Source: Terriglobia bacterium (GTDB lineage: Bacteria > Acidobacteriota > Terriglobia > 20CM-2-55-15). Taken from it: a stretch of 64,000 nt of DNA. The notes beneath the pieces are model-generated. The model saw nothing but the letters and a program-made list of their open reading frames with translations, searched no databases and was not told the origin of the DNA. Made by a program: the position numbers and the translations under genes. The first letter of the stretch is position 1. Every line of letters begins with the position of its first letter. The stretch is taken from positions 160,001 to 224,000 of the forward strand of contig CAXWPJ010000010.1 of NCBI GenBank assembly GCA_963664115.2. The letters run 5' to 3'. Of the stretch, positions 31,759 to 43,682 are shown in pieces.

Positions 31759-34103
31759 CGGCTCAAAATACAAAGTGGAATCCAGATGCCCTGGCTGCGT
31801 TCGATGCGGCAGGACTTTCCCGCAGAGATTTCCTGAAGGGAACAGGCGCGCTGATCGTCGGATTCAGCACCCTCGGCCGTGCGGTCCAGGTCGCGGCAGC
31901 CGCTCAGGGGATTAACGGGGCAGGCAGCAACGATCTCGATGCCTGGATCGCGATCCGTGCGGACGGCAACGTGACCGCGTATACGGGAAAATGTGAACTC
32001 GGCCACGGGCTCTACACGGCCCAGACCCAGCTCATCGCAGAAGAACTTGGAGTTGCGTTCGACCGCGTGAGATTGATTCAGTGTGACACGGCACTCACGC
32101 CGGACCAGGGCACGACTTCCGGTGCGCAGTCGCATCCGGCGAATTTCAATCATGCAAACCTGGCACTGGCAGCAGCCACGGCACGCGAAGCGCTCCTGGA
32201 ACGCGCCGCAGGTGAACTCGGCGTATCCGTGGAGAGCCTGGAAATTGACGATGGTGTGATCCGTGTCGCTTCGGACCCACAGCGTCAGATTGGCTACGGT
32301 GCATTGATCGGCGGGGAAGCGTTCGCCATGCCGCTCAATCCGGCCGCCCAGCGAAAGCAACCCAGTACGTGGACCATCCTGGGCCAGTCCGTGCCGCGTG
32401 TGGAGATCCCCGACATCGCGACCGGACGGTTCGAGTATGTTCACAACGTGCGCGTGGAGGGAATGTTACACGGACGGGTCCTGCGGCCTCCCGTCGTCGG
32501 AGCGACCCTGCTCAGCGTGGATGAAAGCTCAGTTCAAGGCATGCCGGGCGTGGTGCGAGTCGTCACCCGGAACAACTTCGTCGGCGTGGTCGCCGAGAAG
32601 ACATGGCAGGCCATTCAGGCGGCCCAACGACTGCAGATCACCTGGTCCACCCCCGATACACCATTGCCGCCACATGCAGGCTTCCACAACTGGTTGCGGA
32701 ACCAGACACCCACACGGGACACTTTGCTTGTCAACTCGCAGGATGTAGACGCCAGTCTTGCCGGCGCCGCAACTCGACTGGACGCAAGCTACCACTATCC
32801 CTATCAAATGCATGCATCCATCGGCAGTGCGTGTGCGGTGGCCGATGTCCGGGGTGACAGCGCCACGGTATGGTCCGCCACGCAGGCGGTGCACCCCCTC
32901 AAGAATACGGTCGGCTTGGTCCTCGGTCTCGACCCCGACAATATTCGTGTCATCTTCCGCATGGGTCCGGGTTGCTATGGCGTGAACGGTGCAGACACTG
33001 TGTCCTTCGACGCGGCTCTTCTGTCGCAGGCAGTCGGCCGACCGGTTCGAGTCCAACTCAGCCGGAAAGACGAGATGGCGTGGGAAAATTACGGCAACGC
33101 GTTCGTCATCGACCAGCGTGCTGGATTGGATGACGACGGCAACATCGTTGCCTGGGATCATGAATCGTGGTCGCCGAACCTTGGCAGCCGTCCCCGAATG
33201 GACCGGCCTGGAAACGTGGTCACGGGATTTCTGGCCGGATTCGAGCCCGCACCGTTTGCCGCACGGAGTCCCGCGCCCCCACCCACCAATTTCAACAATG
33301 GAAGCAACGGCGTGCCGTCCTATGTCACGGGTGCGGTGCGAGGTGTATCGGGTGGAACAGGAGTGGTTACCAGTCAGCGCGTTCTGACTCATACAGTCCC
33401 ATCGCCGTTTTTTACAGGCCCTCTGAGATCACCGGCCCGTCTACAGAACACCTTTGCGCACGAGTCGTTTTTGGACGAAATTGCAGCGTCCATCCAGGCC
33501 GACCCCGTCGAGTACCGGCTACGTCATCTCCGCGATCCGCGTTTGATCGAGGTCGTGGAGGCGGCGGCCCGAGCGGCCAACTGGGAAACGCGGCCGTCGC
33601 CGCAGAACGGCGACAGGGACGCTGTCGTCGTTTCTGGTCGGGGGATCTCCTGTGTTCTCTACGAGGGGGATAACGGCTATTGCGCCATGGTTGCTGAGGT
33701 CGCAGTGGACCAGGACACGGGCGTCGTTGAAGTTCGGAGACTCACGATCGCGAACGACTGCGGACCGATTTCGAATCCAAATGGTCTGAGGAACCAGCTC
33801 GAAGGTGGCGCGTTGCACGGCGTCAGTCGAACGCTGCTAGAAGAGGTTACGTGGGACGACGAAAAGATCACTTCCGTTGACTGGCAGACTTACCACCCCC
33901 TTTACGTGGGTGCCAGCGTTCCCGAGATCGAGACGGTATTGATCAATCGCACGGAAGGTGAGGCCATGGGGGCGGGTGAGACTGCTGTGACGGTCGTTGC
34001 CGGTGCAATCGGGAACGCGGTTTTTGACGCCACCGGTGCCCGTGTCCGCCAGGTTCCGTTCACACCTGAACGCGTGAAGGCCGCTCTCGAAGCACGTGAA
34101 TGA
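31755..34103 (+). CDS. Xanthine-dehydrogenase-family molybdopterin subunit (IorB/NicB-like), Tat-exported
   Basis: SRRDFLK Tat motif, GKCELGHG, LRSP, FAHESFLDE, DCG...NQLEGG, GAGE, NAVFDATG.RVRQVPF. Confidence 0.9.
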   Translation: MTAQNTKWNPDALAAFDAAGLSRRDFLKGTGALIVGFSTLGRAVQVAAAAQGINGAGSNDLDAWIAIRADGNVTAYTGKCELGHGLYTAQTQLIAEELGVAFDRVRLIQCDTALTPDQGTTSGAQSHPANFNHANLALAAATAREALLERAAGELGVSVESLEIDDGVIRVASDPQRQIGYGALIGGEAFAMPLNPAAQRKQPSTWTILGQSVPRVEIPDIATGRFEYVHNVRVEGMLHGRVLRPPVVGATLLSVDESSVQGMPGVVRVVTRNNFVGVVAEKTWQAIQAAQRLQITWSTPDTPLPPHAGFHNWLRNQTPTRDTLLVNSQDVDASLAGAATRLDASYHYPYQMHASIGSACAVADVRGDSATVWSATQAVHPLKNTVGLVLGLDPDNIRVIFRMGPGCYGVNGADTVSFDAALLSQAVGRPVRVQLSRKDEMAWENYGNAFVIDQRAGLDDDGNIVAWDHESWSPNLGSRPRMDRPGNVVTGFLAGFEPAPFAARSPAPPPTNFNNGSNGVPSYVTGAVRGVSGGTGVVTSQRVLTHTVPSPFFTGPLRSPARLQNTFAHESFLDEIAASIQADPVEYRLRHLRDPRLIEVVEAAARAANWETRPSPQNGDRDAVVVSGRGISCVLYEGDNGYCAMVAEVAVDQDTGVVEVRRLTIANDCGPISNPNGLRNQLEGGALHGVSRTLLEEVTWDDEKITSVDWQTYHPLYVGASVPEIETVLINRTEGEAMGAGETAVTVVAGAIGNAVFDATGARVRQVPFTPERVKAALEARE

Positions 34104-34182
34104 GCGAATGCCGAATGACTTACACCAGAGGCGCCTGGCGTCGGAAGGAACGGGTTCCGGTGCTGTTGTTTACGGGTCAACA

Positions 34183-34223
34183 AGTCCTGACGAATCCTGT
34201 CAGCTCAACCGGTCGATGCAACA
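34183..34223. mobile_element. Half dif-like site fused to an IS30-type IR
   Basis: AGTCCTGACGA-ATCC, then TGTCAGCTCAACCGGTCGATGCAACA (34198-34223). Confidence 0.7.
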
Positions 34224-34345
34224 CCGTTGCCGATGAAGCGCACGCCACTCGGGTTCGGCTCAGCCTGCGTTAACGCGGGCGCGCAAAGCTCTCTGAAGGC
34301 CGTCATCCCCGATCCAAGCTTCGGGAATGCTCGACCCGACATCAT

Positions 34346-34376
34346 GATTCGGCACCTTCTTTCGCTTGATCTAACC
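34346..34376 (+). repeat. 31-bp direct repeat, right copy
   Basis: See 30795-30825; overlaps the stop codon of the dioxygenase. Confidence 0.75.
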
Positions 34377-35540
34377 TTCCGATGACCCTGCAGCCGCTTC
34401 TTTCCTCCGGCGATGATCCACGTAGATCACGTGCAAGGCCATCAGCGCCTGCAAGGGGTGCACACCGGCCTTGACCAGCGGCCTGCAATAATCGCTGACG
34501 GATCCGGCCTGCTTCACATCGATCAGCGCCTCTGCCGCTTTCTTTTCCTCAGAGCTCAGCCCCCACCGGGCAGCGACGCCGTCGAAGTCGTCGATCACAC
34601 GCGTACGCATCGCGGCCTCCGTGCGGACCTGGTAGAGGAGTTTGTTCAGTTTGTAAGCCGCGGCATCGGGATGGGCGTAGAACTCGAATCCCTTGTTCTT
34701 AAAATCATACGCGGACACTTTCTTGAGATTCGAAGGCGCCTTGTCTCTTTCGGGGATAAAGAGCACCATCGCATGACCATGGTGCCAGGTCGGTGTGTAC
34801 TGAAGCAATTCCCCGGGCTGAGGGCCTATGGCGCCGAACATCACGGCCCAGTTGAGCAATTCCGTGTTACCGACTTCGTCGAGCTGTTCGACGGTCATAT
34901 CGAGCAGAGCATCCGTATTGCCCTTTTCCAACTCGCCCAACAACCAATAATCAAAGTCGTACGCCGGTTCCGGATATCGCTCTGTTCCCGGAAAATGCGA
35001 CATCCCGCCACTGGCCAGTATCGCGACACGTTCCGGGCGCGACTCCATGATCTCGGCGACCCTCCGGCCCAGCGCTTCGCAACGGCGGGGACTGGGGAGC
35101 GGTGGCAGATATACGTTCGTATGAAATGGGACAACCGGAATTTCGCGGTCCGCCAGGATGAGGTGAAACGGTACGGCATAAGTATGCCCGAGCAGTGCAT
35201 CTTCGGAGTAGGTCATGTCGAAACCGGAGCGGACGAGTTGATCGAGCAGGTGTTCGGCAAGCTCCCTGTGAATCGGGCGTTCGAATTCGTGTCCTGCGTA
35301 TTCGGCGACCGCTGTACTCCCGGCAACAATTGCGAAAGTCGGCAGGCAGGTCATGGAGAACGTCTCCAGATGGTCACTCCCCATAAAGAGGAGAACATCG
35401 GGCTTCGTCTCATCCAGGATCGTTCCCAGTTCCCTCATGGCCGCGGCCGTCACGGCCAGATCACTATCCTGCTCTTCAGGGGAACCGGACAGAAGATAGG
35501 GAGCATGGCAGGTCGCCATTGCCGCTACGATCTTACCCAT
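34371..35540 (-). CDS. Type II extradiol dioxygenase, LigB catalytic domain fused to a LigA-like C-terminal domain (protocatechuate 4,5-/gallate dioxygenase-like)
   Basis: ATCHAP, SDH, LGH, ASGGMSH, GNTELLNW; C-terminal YKLNKLL..GLSSEEK..AGVHP. Confidence 0.8.
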   Translation of the reverse strand: MGKIVAAMATCHAPYLLSGSPEEQDSDLAVTAAAMRELGTILDETKPDVLLFMGSDHLETFSMTCLPTFAIVAGSTAVAEYAGHEFERPIHRELAEHLLDQLVRSGFDMTYSEDALLGHTYAVPFHLILADREIPVVPFHTNVYLPPLPSPRRCEALGRRVAEIMESRPERVAILASGGMSHFPGTERYPEPAYDFDYWLLGELEKGNTDALLDMTVEQLDEVGNTELLNWAVMFGAIGPQPGELLQYTPTWHHGHAMVLFIPERDKAPSNLKKVSAYDFKNKGFEFYAHPDAAAYKLNKLLYQVRTEAAMRTRVIDDFDGVAARWGLSSEEKKAAEALIDVKQAGSVSDYCRPLVKAGVHPLQALMALHVIYVDHRRRKEAAAGSSEG

Positions 35541-35601
35541 ATTTCTTCCTCACGCGCGCCCAAGCGTCACCAACAAGAAGGATAGCGTCTCAGTCCCGAG
35601 G

Positions 35602-36279
35602 CTACTCTTCGAACTCGACGCCCATTCCATGCAACTTCTCCCGCAATCCGTGAAAATCCAAACCCAACTCGCCGTTTCGCAGCCGCTCTCGGGTTGTTTT
35701 TTCTTTCACGATCCGTTCTTCGGATCTCCGGCAGGTTTCCTCAGCCGTTTCGCGTGGGACGACGACAACACCGTCATTGTCGGCGACAACGATGTCGCCG
35801 GGCCGCACGAAGGCTCCCGCGCAAATCACCTCTACGTTGACCGAACCTGGGGTGGCCTTCACAGTCCCCTGGGAATGAATGGCCCGCGACCACACGGGGA
35901 ATTTCATCGCTATCAGATCAGGCGTGTCCCTCACGCCTGCGTCGATGACCAGGCCCAGAACTCCGTGGGTTTGGCAGGAAACGCCTATCAGGTCACCGAA
36001 CATGCCGTCCGTAGAATCAGACACCAGGGCCACTACGAGGACGTCGCCGCGTTGGACGACGTCGAGCGCAGCGTGGATCATGATGTTGTCTCCCGGATGG
36101 GACAACACGGTCACGGCTGTTCCCGCGACCTTGGCTGTCGGATAGATCGGGCGCATGTAGGGCTTCATGAGCCCCGTCCGGTCCTGGGCTTCGTGGACCG
36201 TGGCGACACCATATTCACCGAGTTTTTGCGTGACCTCCGCACCCGCCCGTTCAATCCTGCGAATAACTCTAGGTTTCAT
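35602..36279 (-). CDS. ligK: 4-carboxy-4-hydroxy-2-oxoadipate aldolase
   Basis: GVATVHEAQ.RTGLMKPYMRPIY, PGDNIMIH, GMFGDL, DAGVRD, QGTVKAT.GSVN. Confidence 0.9.
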   Translation of the reverse strand: MKPRVIRRIERAGAEVTQKLGEYGVATVHEAQDRTGLMKPYMRPIYPTAKVAGTAVTVLSHPGDNIMIHAALDVVQRGDVLVVALVSDSTDGMFGDLIGVSCQTHGVLGLVIDAGVRDTPDLIAMKFPVWSRAIHSQGTVKATPGSVNVEVICAGAFVRPGDIVVADNDGVVVVPRETAEETCRRSEERIVKEKTTRERLRNGELGLDFHGLREKLHGMGVEFEE

Positions 36280-36435
36280 TCTGCCTGCATCTCCACCAAT
36301 GGGGGTGTGTCTTCCTTGGTCCCCTGCAAAATGTGTGGGTCTGAAAAGCTAATCTCCAGACACGTGCTCCAATCATATCGTGAGTCCAAGGGTCACGACG
36401 CAAGAGTATTCTGCAAGATAAAGTCTCCCCGAACG

Positions 36436-36466
36436 AAAAACGCGGCGGTCCAAAAGACCGCCGCGT
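36436..36466 (-). terminator. Rho-independent terminator of groEL
   Basis: ACGCGGCGGTC-TTTTG-GACCGCCGCGT followed by a T run on the minus strand. Confidence 0.8.
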
Positions 36467-36493
36467 CCTATATCGATTCTACCAGGACCCAGG

Positions 36494-38149
<1,656 letters not shown>

Positions 38150-38189
38150 TTAGCGGTAGATGATTCCTATTTAAGATAGGCAACCCTGA

Positions 38190-38216
38190 TTAGCACTCCA
38201 ATATGACGAGTGCTAA
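38190..38216. promoter_or_regulatory. CIRCE element (HrcA operator)
   Basis: Perfect TTAGCACTC-N9-GAGTGCTAA upstream of groEL. Confidence 0.95.
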
Positions 38217-38473
38217 TGTTACCGGAATTGCCCTTTTGGGTTCAAGGGCTTGGACTGCCCGAGCCCGTGCGATCCCCATTGGGAGGTCCGACTCCCACGC
38301 TCTCACCCCCTGGGGCCGGTTCAACTCCCCGGACATTCATTGACGCCGATGCCCGCTTTCTATAACATTTCCTCCCTTGCTTTATTCCCTTGGATGGAAG
38401 GAGCTCCCCCGGGCGTCGCAGTCTGTAGCGCTCCCAGTTGGACAATGTAGTGTAAGGAGAAGGAGAACTGAGA

Positions 38474-39136
38474 ATGAATAAGATTTCGGTTGTTATAGCC
38501 CTGGTGGTGCTTACAGCACTCGCCACTACTCCCGCGATGGCCCAGGACATGAGTTTCTTCGTCACAAGCGTCGGAGGACCCGATGGAGGAGACTTCGGTG
38601 GCTTGCGCGGCGCAGACGAACATTGCCAGCAACTGGCTTCCAATGAAGGCGGCGGCGACAAGACCTGGCGCGCATATCTGAGCCTGACCCATCCCGCACT
38701 GACGATCAACGCCCGCGACCGCATCGGCTCGGGCCCGTGGTACAACTCCGAAGGCGTCATGATCGCCCGCGACGTTGAGGACCTGCACTCCGACAATGCC
38801 AATATTAATGCCACAACGGCACTCACCGAGGAGGGCGACATGGTCAACGGGCCCGGCCAGCCAAACCGTCACGATATCCTGACGGGCTCAAGGCCCGACG
38901 GAACTGCGTGGCCGTATGCACTGATGGACCTGCTGAACTTCGACGGGCACGCGCTGACATGCAACAACTGGACCAGCAATGATCCGGAACACAGCGCGAT
39001 GATCGGCCATGTGGACCGGGGCGGCAACGTCGGCTATTCGCCGTGGAACGCAGCCCACCCCACCGTCGGATGCAACGCGGAAGGCTTCGTGGGCACGGGC
39101 GGCGCCGGCCTGCTGTATTGTTTTGCGGCTGACTAA
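38474..39136 (+). CDS. Secreted endostatin/C-type-lectin-like protein
   Basis: Signal peptide; FFVTS..GGLRGADEHCQQLA, WRAYLS, NARDRIGSGPW, HDILTGS, C.NWTS, LLYCFA. Confidence 0.75.
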   Translation: MNKISVVIALVVLTALATTPAMAQDMSFFVTSVGGPDGGDFGGLRGADEHCQQLASNEGGGDKTWRAYLSLTHPALTINARDRIGSGPWYNSEGVMIARDVEDLHSDNANINATTALTEEGDMVNGPGQPNRHDILTGSRPDGTAWPYALMDLLNFDGHALTCNNWTSNDPEHSAMIGHVDRGGNVGYSPWNAAHPTVGCNAEGFVGTGGAGLLYCFAAD

Positions 39137-39170
39137 GAACACTCGGTAAAAAAACGATCGCAATCAAGGA

Positions 39171-39212
39171 AAGCCTCCCGAATCGACCTGAATATCCCGG
39201 TTCGGGAGGCTT
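39171..39212 (+). terminator. Probable terminator hairpin
   Basis: AAGCCTCCCGAA ... TTCGGGAGGCTT followed by a T-rich tract. Confidence 0.6.
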
Positions 39213-39403
39213 CTTGTTGTTTTGCAAGCAGCTTTCGCGGGCTTCGAAGCCGGCCCACATCCTACCTTTATTGATTCAATAGCTTACGGGTCATACCCCC
39301 CCCCGCGCGTGAATTCTTCACAAACACCTCAGGTCATTGGTTTTAAGGCGTTCTGGTTTGGGCTCAATACCGCTAATTCGGTGTGTTTGGTTTGCAGTCT
39401 ACG

Positions 39404-39441
39404 TTCTCAAGGTCCGAGAAGATGATTTCTCAGGACTTGAG
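39404..39441 (+). repeat. dif-like palindromic site 1
   Basis: TTCTCA-AGGTCCGAGAA-GATGAT-TTCTCAGGACT-TGAG. Confidence 0.85.
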
Positions 39442-39483
39442 GCTCGAATCAAGGCACCGTCGTACCAACACAGAGAAAACACA

Positions 39484-39622
39484 TTATTCTGACAAGGACA
39501 CTACGCCAAGGACTTCATCAACTGTCGTCAACCCTTCGAGAAGCAGATTCTGGGCGTATTTCTGGAGGGTTAGCATGCCGTCGTTGACCGCACACTCTCG
39601 AATAAGGTCTGGCTTCGCACCC
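39484..39622 (-). pseudogene. GspE/PilB-type ATPase C-terminal fragment truncated by IS3
   Basis: IRECAVNDGMLTLQKYAQNLLLEGLTTVDEVLGV* is the typical GspE/PilB tail. Confidence 0.7.
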
Positions 39623-40935
<1,313 letters not shown>

Positions 40936-40938
40936 TAC

Positions 40939-41559
40939 TTGTCTCAAACGTCGGCTCCCCAATTTGAAAGGCTGGACCCTGCTCTGTACTGGTTTCACCG
41001 GCAGATTGTTCAGCAGGGCAGGCGCAAAGTGAAATCTATCGAAGACGGTGCGATTCTGCCGTCAGGTACCGTATTCCACAACGTCTCACTGTCGTTCGCG
41101 GGCATTCCAAACGCCCAACGGCGAGTTCTCAGGTCAAGATGGGTAGAGCAGATGCTGGAATCCACAGCGAGAGCCGAAATCGTGTTTGTCGATCCGGATA
41201 GGGGTATCGAGGGTGCCGGAGCTCGACGTTATGGGAGAGATGGGCCGAAGTATGTGTATCTCGACGATCTTTCTAGATTCTGGAGGCGGGAACAGAGTCT
41301 GATTATCGATCAACACTTAATTCTGGGCGAAGAAGGACACACAGAAATAGCGCATCGATCGGCGGAACTGGCAGAAGCTCTTGGTGTCCATCGAGTCTGG
41401 TCATTGCGCTTTCGCCGAGGGAGAGGCCGTGTGTTCATTCTGGTTCCCCAAAGACGAAATGAGGTCTGGATGGTTCAGCGCCTAGTAGCATTCGCCAGAC
41501 TGTGGTTGGGCCACTTTGAACTGATCGATTCGAGTCACGGATGGACGGATGATGAGTAG
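40939..41559 (+). pseudogene. 5'-truncated hypothetical protein (methyltransferase-like VFVDPD motif)
   Basis: Begins at the IS3 end with no credible start; EIVFVDPDRGIE..KYVYLDDL..DQH. Confidence 0.5.
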
Positions 41560-41818
41560 CGTGACCACCACTAGCGGACGATATTGGGATGTGACGCAGT
41601 TGTCCGAGGACCTCGGTGTCCCGAAGACATGGATCTACGACCGCACGCGTAACGATGGTCCCGGAGTAATCCCGCACCTAAAATTCGGCAAATACGTCCG
41701 CTTCGATCCAGAGTCCGACGCGTTCCAGCAGTGGCTCAAGGACCATGAATTTGGTGTAGGCAGTGGTTTGAATGACCAACCGGCGTTGCAAGCGATTGAT
41801 ATCAGAAGGCGAAAATGA
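41549..41818 (+). CDS. Excisionase-like HTH protein
   Basis: YWDVTQLSEDLGVPKTWIYDRT...IPHLKFGKYVRF (HTH_17/MerR-like), next to the integrase. Confidence 0.8.
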   Translation: MMSSVTTTSGRYWDVTQLSEDLGVPKTWIYDRTRNDGPGVIPHLKFGKYVRFDPESDAFQQWLKDHEFGVGSGLNDQPALQAIDIRRRK

Positions 41819-41847
41819 CGCCTGCCACATATCTGCCACAGAATGCA

Positions 41848-41876
41848 TTGACACCTTAATAAAACGTATATACAGT
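41848..41876 (+). promoter_or_regulatory. Sigma70-type promoter for RHH-integrase
   Basis: TTGACA-17 bp-TACAGT with overlapping GTATATAC palindrome. Confidence 0.6.
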
Positions 41877-41890
41877 ATCGTCCAGTCGCT

Positions 41891-42106
41891 ATGCCAAAAA
41901 ACCCGTACAAACCCAAACATCAGGTGAAAGCTCGGATGATTCCCATTCGTGTATCTCAGGAAGATTCTGAGTGGCTGGAAGAGGCATCCAAGAAGTTTGG
42001 AGTGCCGATCAGCCATCTGATGCGGGAAGGTGCGCGGTCATACGTCAAGCGGCTGGAGCGGAAAGGCGAGCCAACAAGAAAGGAGAGTAAATATGGCTCG
42101 TCGTAA
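41891..42106 (+). CDS. Ribbon-helix-helix (CopG-like) regulator
   Basis: MIPIRVSQEDSEWLEEASKKFGVPISHLMREG pattern. Confidence 0.7.
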   Translation: MPKNPYKPKHQVKARMIPIRVSQEDSEWLEEASKKFGVPISHLMREGARSYVKRLERKGEPTRKESKYGSS

Positions 42107-43283
42107 ATCGTATCAGAAGGGTTCGGTCAGACGGATTGAGTATCAGTACGGCAAGGTATTCGTCGGCAGGTATAGAGAGCGGCTCCCCGGAGGGGGTTGG
42201 CGAGAGAAAAGCATCACGCTCAGAGACTGCAAGACGAAGAAGGCCGCGCAGCGGAAACTCGACGATATTCTGGACGAACTGAATAAATCAAACGGTGTCG
42301 TTATCGGTGGTGATGTGCTGTTCGCACACGTTCTGGATCGGCTTTGGCCGAACTATCTGGACACGAACAGCATCAAGCTTTCGACACGGCACTCCTATGA
42401 CGTGATGGTTAGCAAGTGGATTGGACCGTATTTTAGGGAAGTGTTGTTGGAAGACGTAACTCCGACCAAGGCTGGTGACTTTATGGCCATGCTCAACGCC
42501 GAGGATTTGTCGCCGCAGTACCGGTTGAACATCTATAGCTTGCTGCGTGTATTGTTCGACCTTGCTGTTGAGTACGACCTTATCGAAGTCAGCCCAATCC
42601 GTCCTAAGGTGCATCGTCCTCAGGTGGTATGGACCGAGAAGCCCTTGTTCTCGGTTGAAGAGGCCACTGCCGTCATCAACGCAGTGCCTTCCGGTTTCCA
42701 TGCCGCTATCGCTACGTTGGCTGTGACAGGGCTACGTGCGGGTGAGCTGGTCGCGCTTAGGTGGGAAGATATCGACTTTCTAGACCAGACGATCAACGTG
42801 AAAGCGTCTGTCTGGAGAGGTCAGATTCAAACCACTAAGACCAGATCAAGCAATGCGGTTCTGTCCATCCCGAGTCAGTTGGTAGGGATTCTTCAAGAGC
42901 ACAAAAGCAGTTCTCGTTTCATCGATTCAGATGACTTCGTGTTCTGCGAAGATGACGGTCGGCCACTCAACCCAGACAAACTGCGAAAGCGTGCAATCTA
43001 TCCAGCGTTAACGAAGCTGGGGATACCTCGCCATTCGCGTGCGTCGGGTTGTCATGCGTTTCGACACCTAGCTGGATCGGTGGCACACCGGGAAACTGGT
43101 TCTGTGAAACTTGCTCAGCAGTTGTTGCGACACTCAAGTGTTGCGACTACGAGCAACATTTACGTTCATACCGACCAAAAGGACATGGAAGGTGTGGCGG
43201 ACTTGCTAGGAAAGGTGTTGCTTGAAAAACCTGTGGCAGGAACGGTGGCAGAAACAGTGCCCGGAAGCGAAACCATCCAATGA
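42093..43283 (+). CDS. Tyrosine recombinase/phage-type integrase
   Basis: TGLRAGEL (R), KT, HAFRH, LLRH, NIY catalytic residues; RBS AGGAG upstream of ATG 42093. Confidence 0.93.
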   Translation: MARRKSYQKGSVRRIEYQYGKVFVGRYRERLPGGGWREKSITLRDCKTKKAAQRKLDDILDELNKSNGVVIGGDVLFAHVLDRLWPNYLDTNSIKLSTRHSYDVMVSKWIGPYFREVLLEDVTPTKAGDFMAMLNAEDLSPQYRLNIYSLLRVLFDLAVEYDLIEVSPIRPKVHRPQVVWTEKPLFSVEEATAVINAVPSGFHAAIATLAVTGLRAGELVALRWEDIDFLDQTINVKASVWRGQIQTTKTRSSNAVLSIPSQLVGILQEHKSSSRFIDSDDFVFCEDDGRPLNPDKLRKRAIYPALTKLGIPRHSRASGCHAFRHLAGSVAHRETGSVKLAQQLLRHSSVATTSNIYVHTDQKDMEGVADLLGKVLLEKPVAGTVAETVPGSETIQ

Positions 43284-43347
43284 GTGAGGTCTTGGGCAGT
43301 TAGTAAGTAGAACAAACAAACCGTCTTACCGTGCTAACATTCCCAAC

Positions 43348-43434
43348 GGAGGAATGGCCGAGTGGTTTAAGGCGGTGGTCTTGAAAACCATTGTGCTGGA
43401 AACGGCACCGGGGGTTCGAATCCCTCTTCCTCCG
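43348..43434 (+). tRNA. tRNA-Ser(TGA)
   Basis: Acceptor GGAGGAA/TTCCTCC, anticodon arm GTGGT-CTTGAAA-ACCAT, long variable arm, GGTTCGAATCC; no encoded CCA. Confidence 0.95.
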
Positions 43435-43682
43435 TTTTTCTTCTGTGTAACTCATACATGATAGGGCCAGGATGCTGAGAGGCAGCCTTCTGCCCCACAA
43501 TTTGCCCCACATTATGGGTGCTAGTAGTCGCAGATCGTGGAGCCTTCAGACTAGGACTGTGGTGTCCACCGAACCCTTTTCTTGCAGGTCCGACGCAAGG
43601 CGTTGCCGCCCTTTGTGTTACGTTTCAGTCCGAGAAGGAGTAGATAGGCGAGGGAGAAACTGAAAACGTCAGGCGGTTCTCG

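Noticed and set aside
38305-38340. tRNA/tmRNA-like GGTTCAACTCC
   Set aside because: Flanking bases do not form a T-stem or acceptor stem
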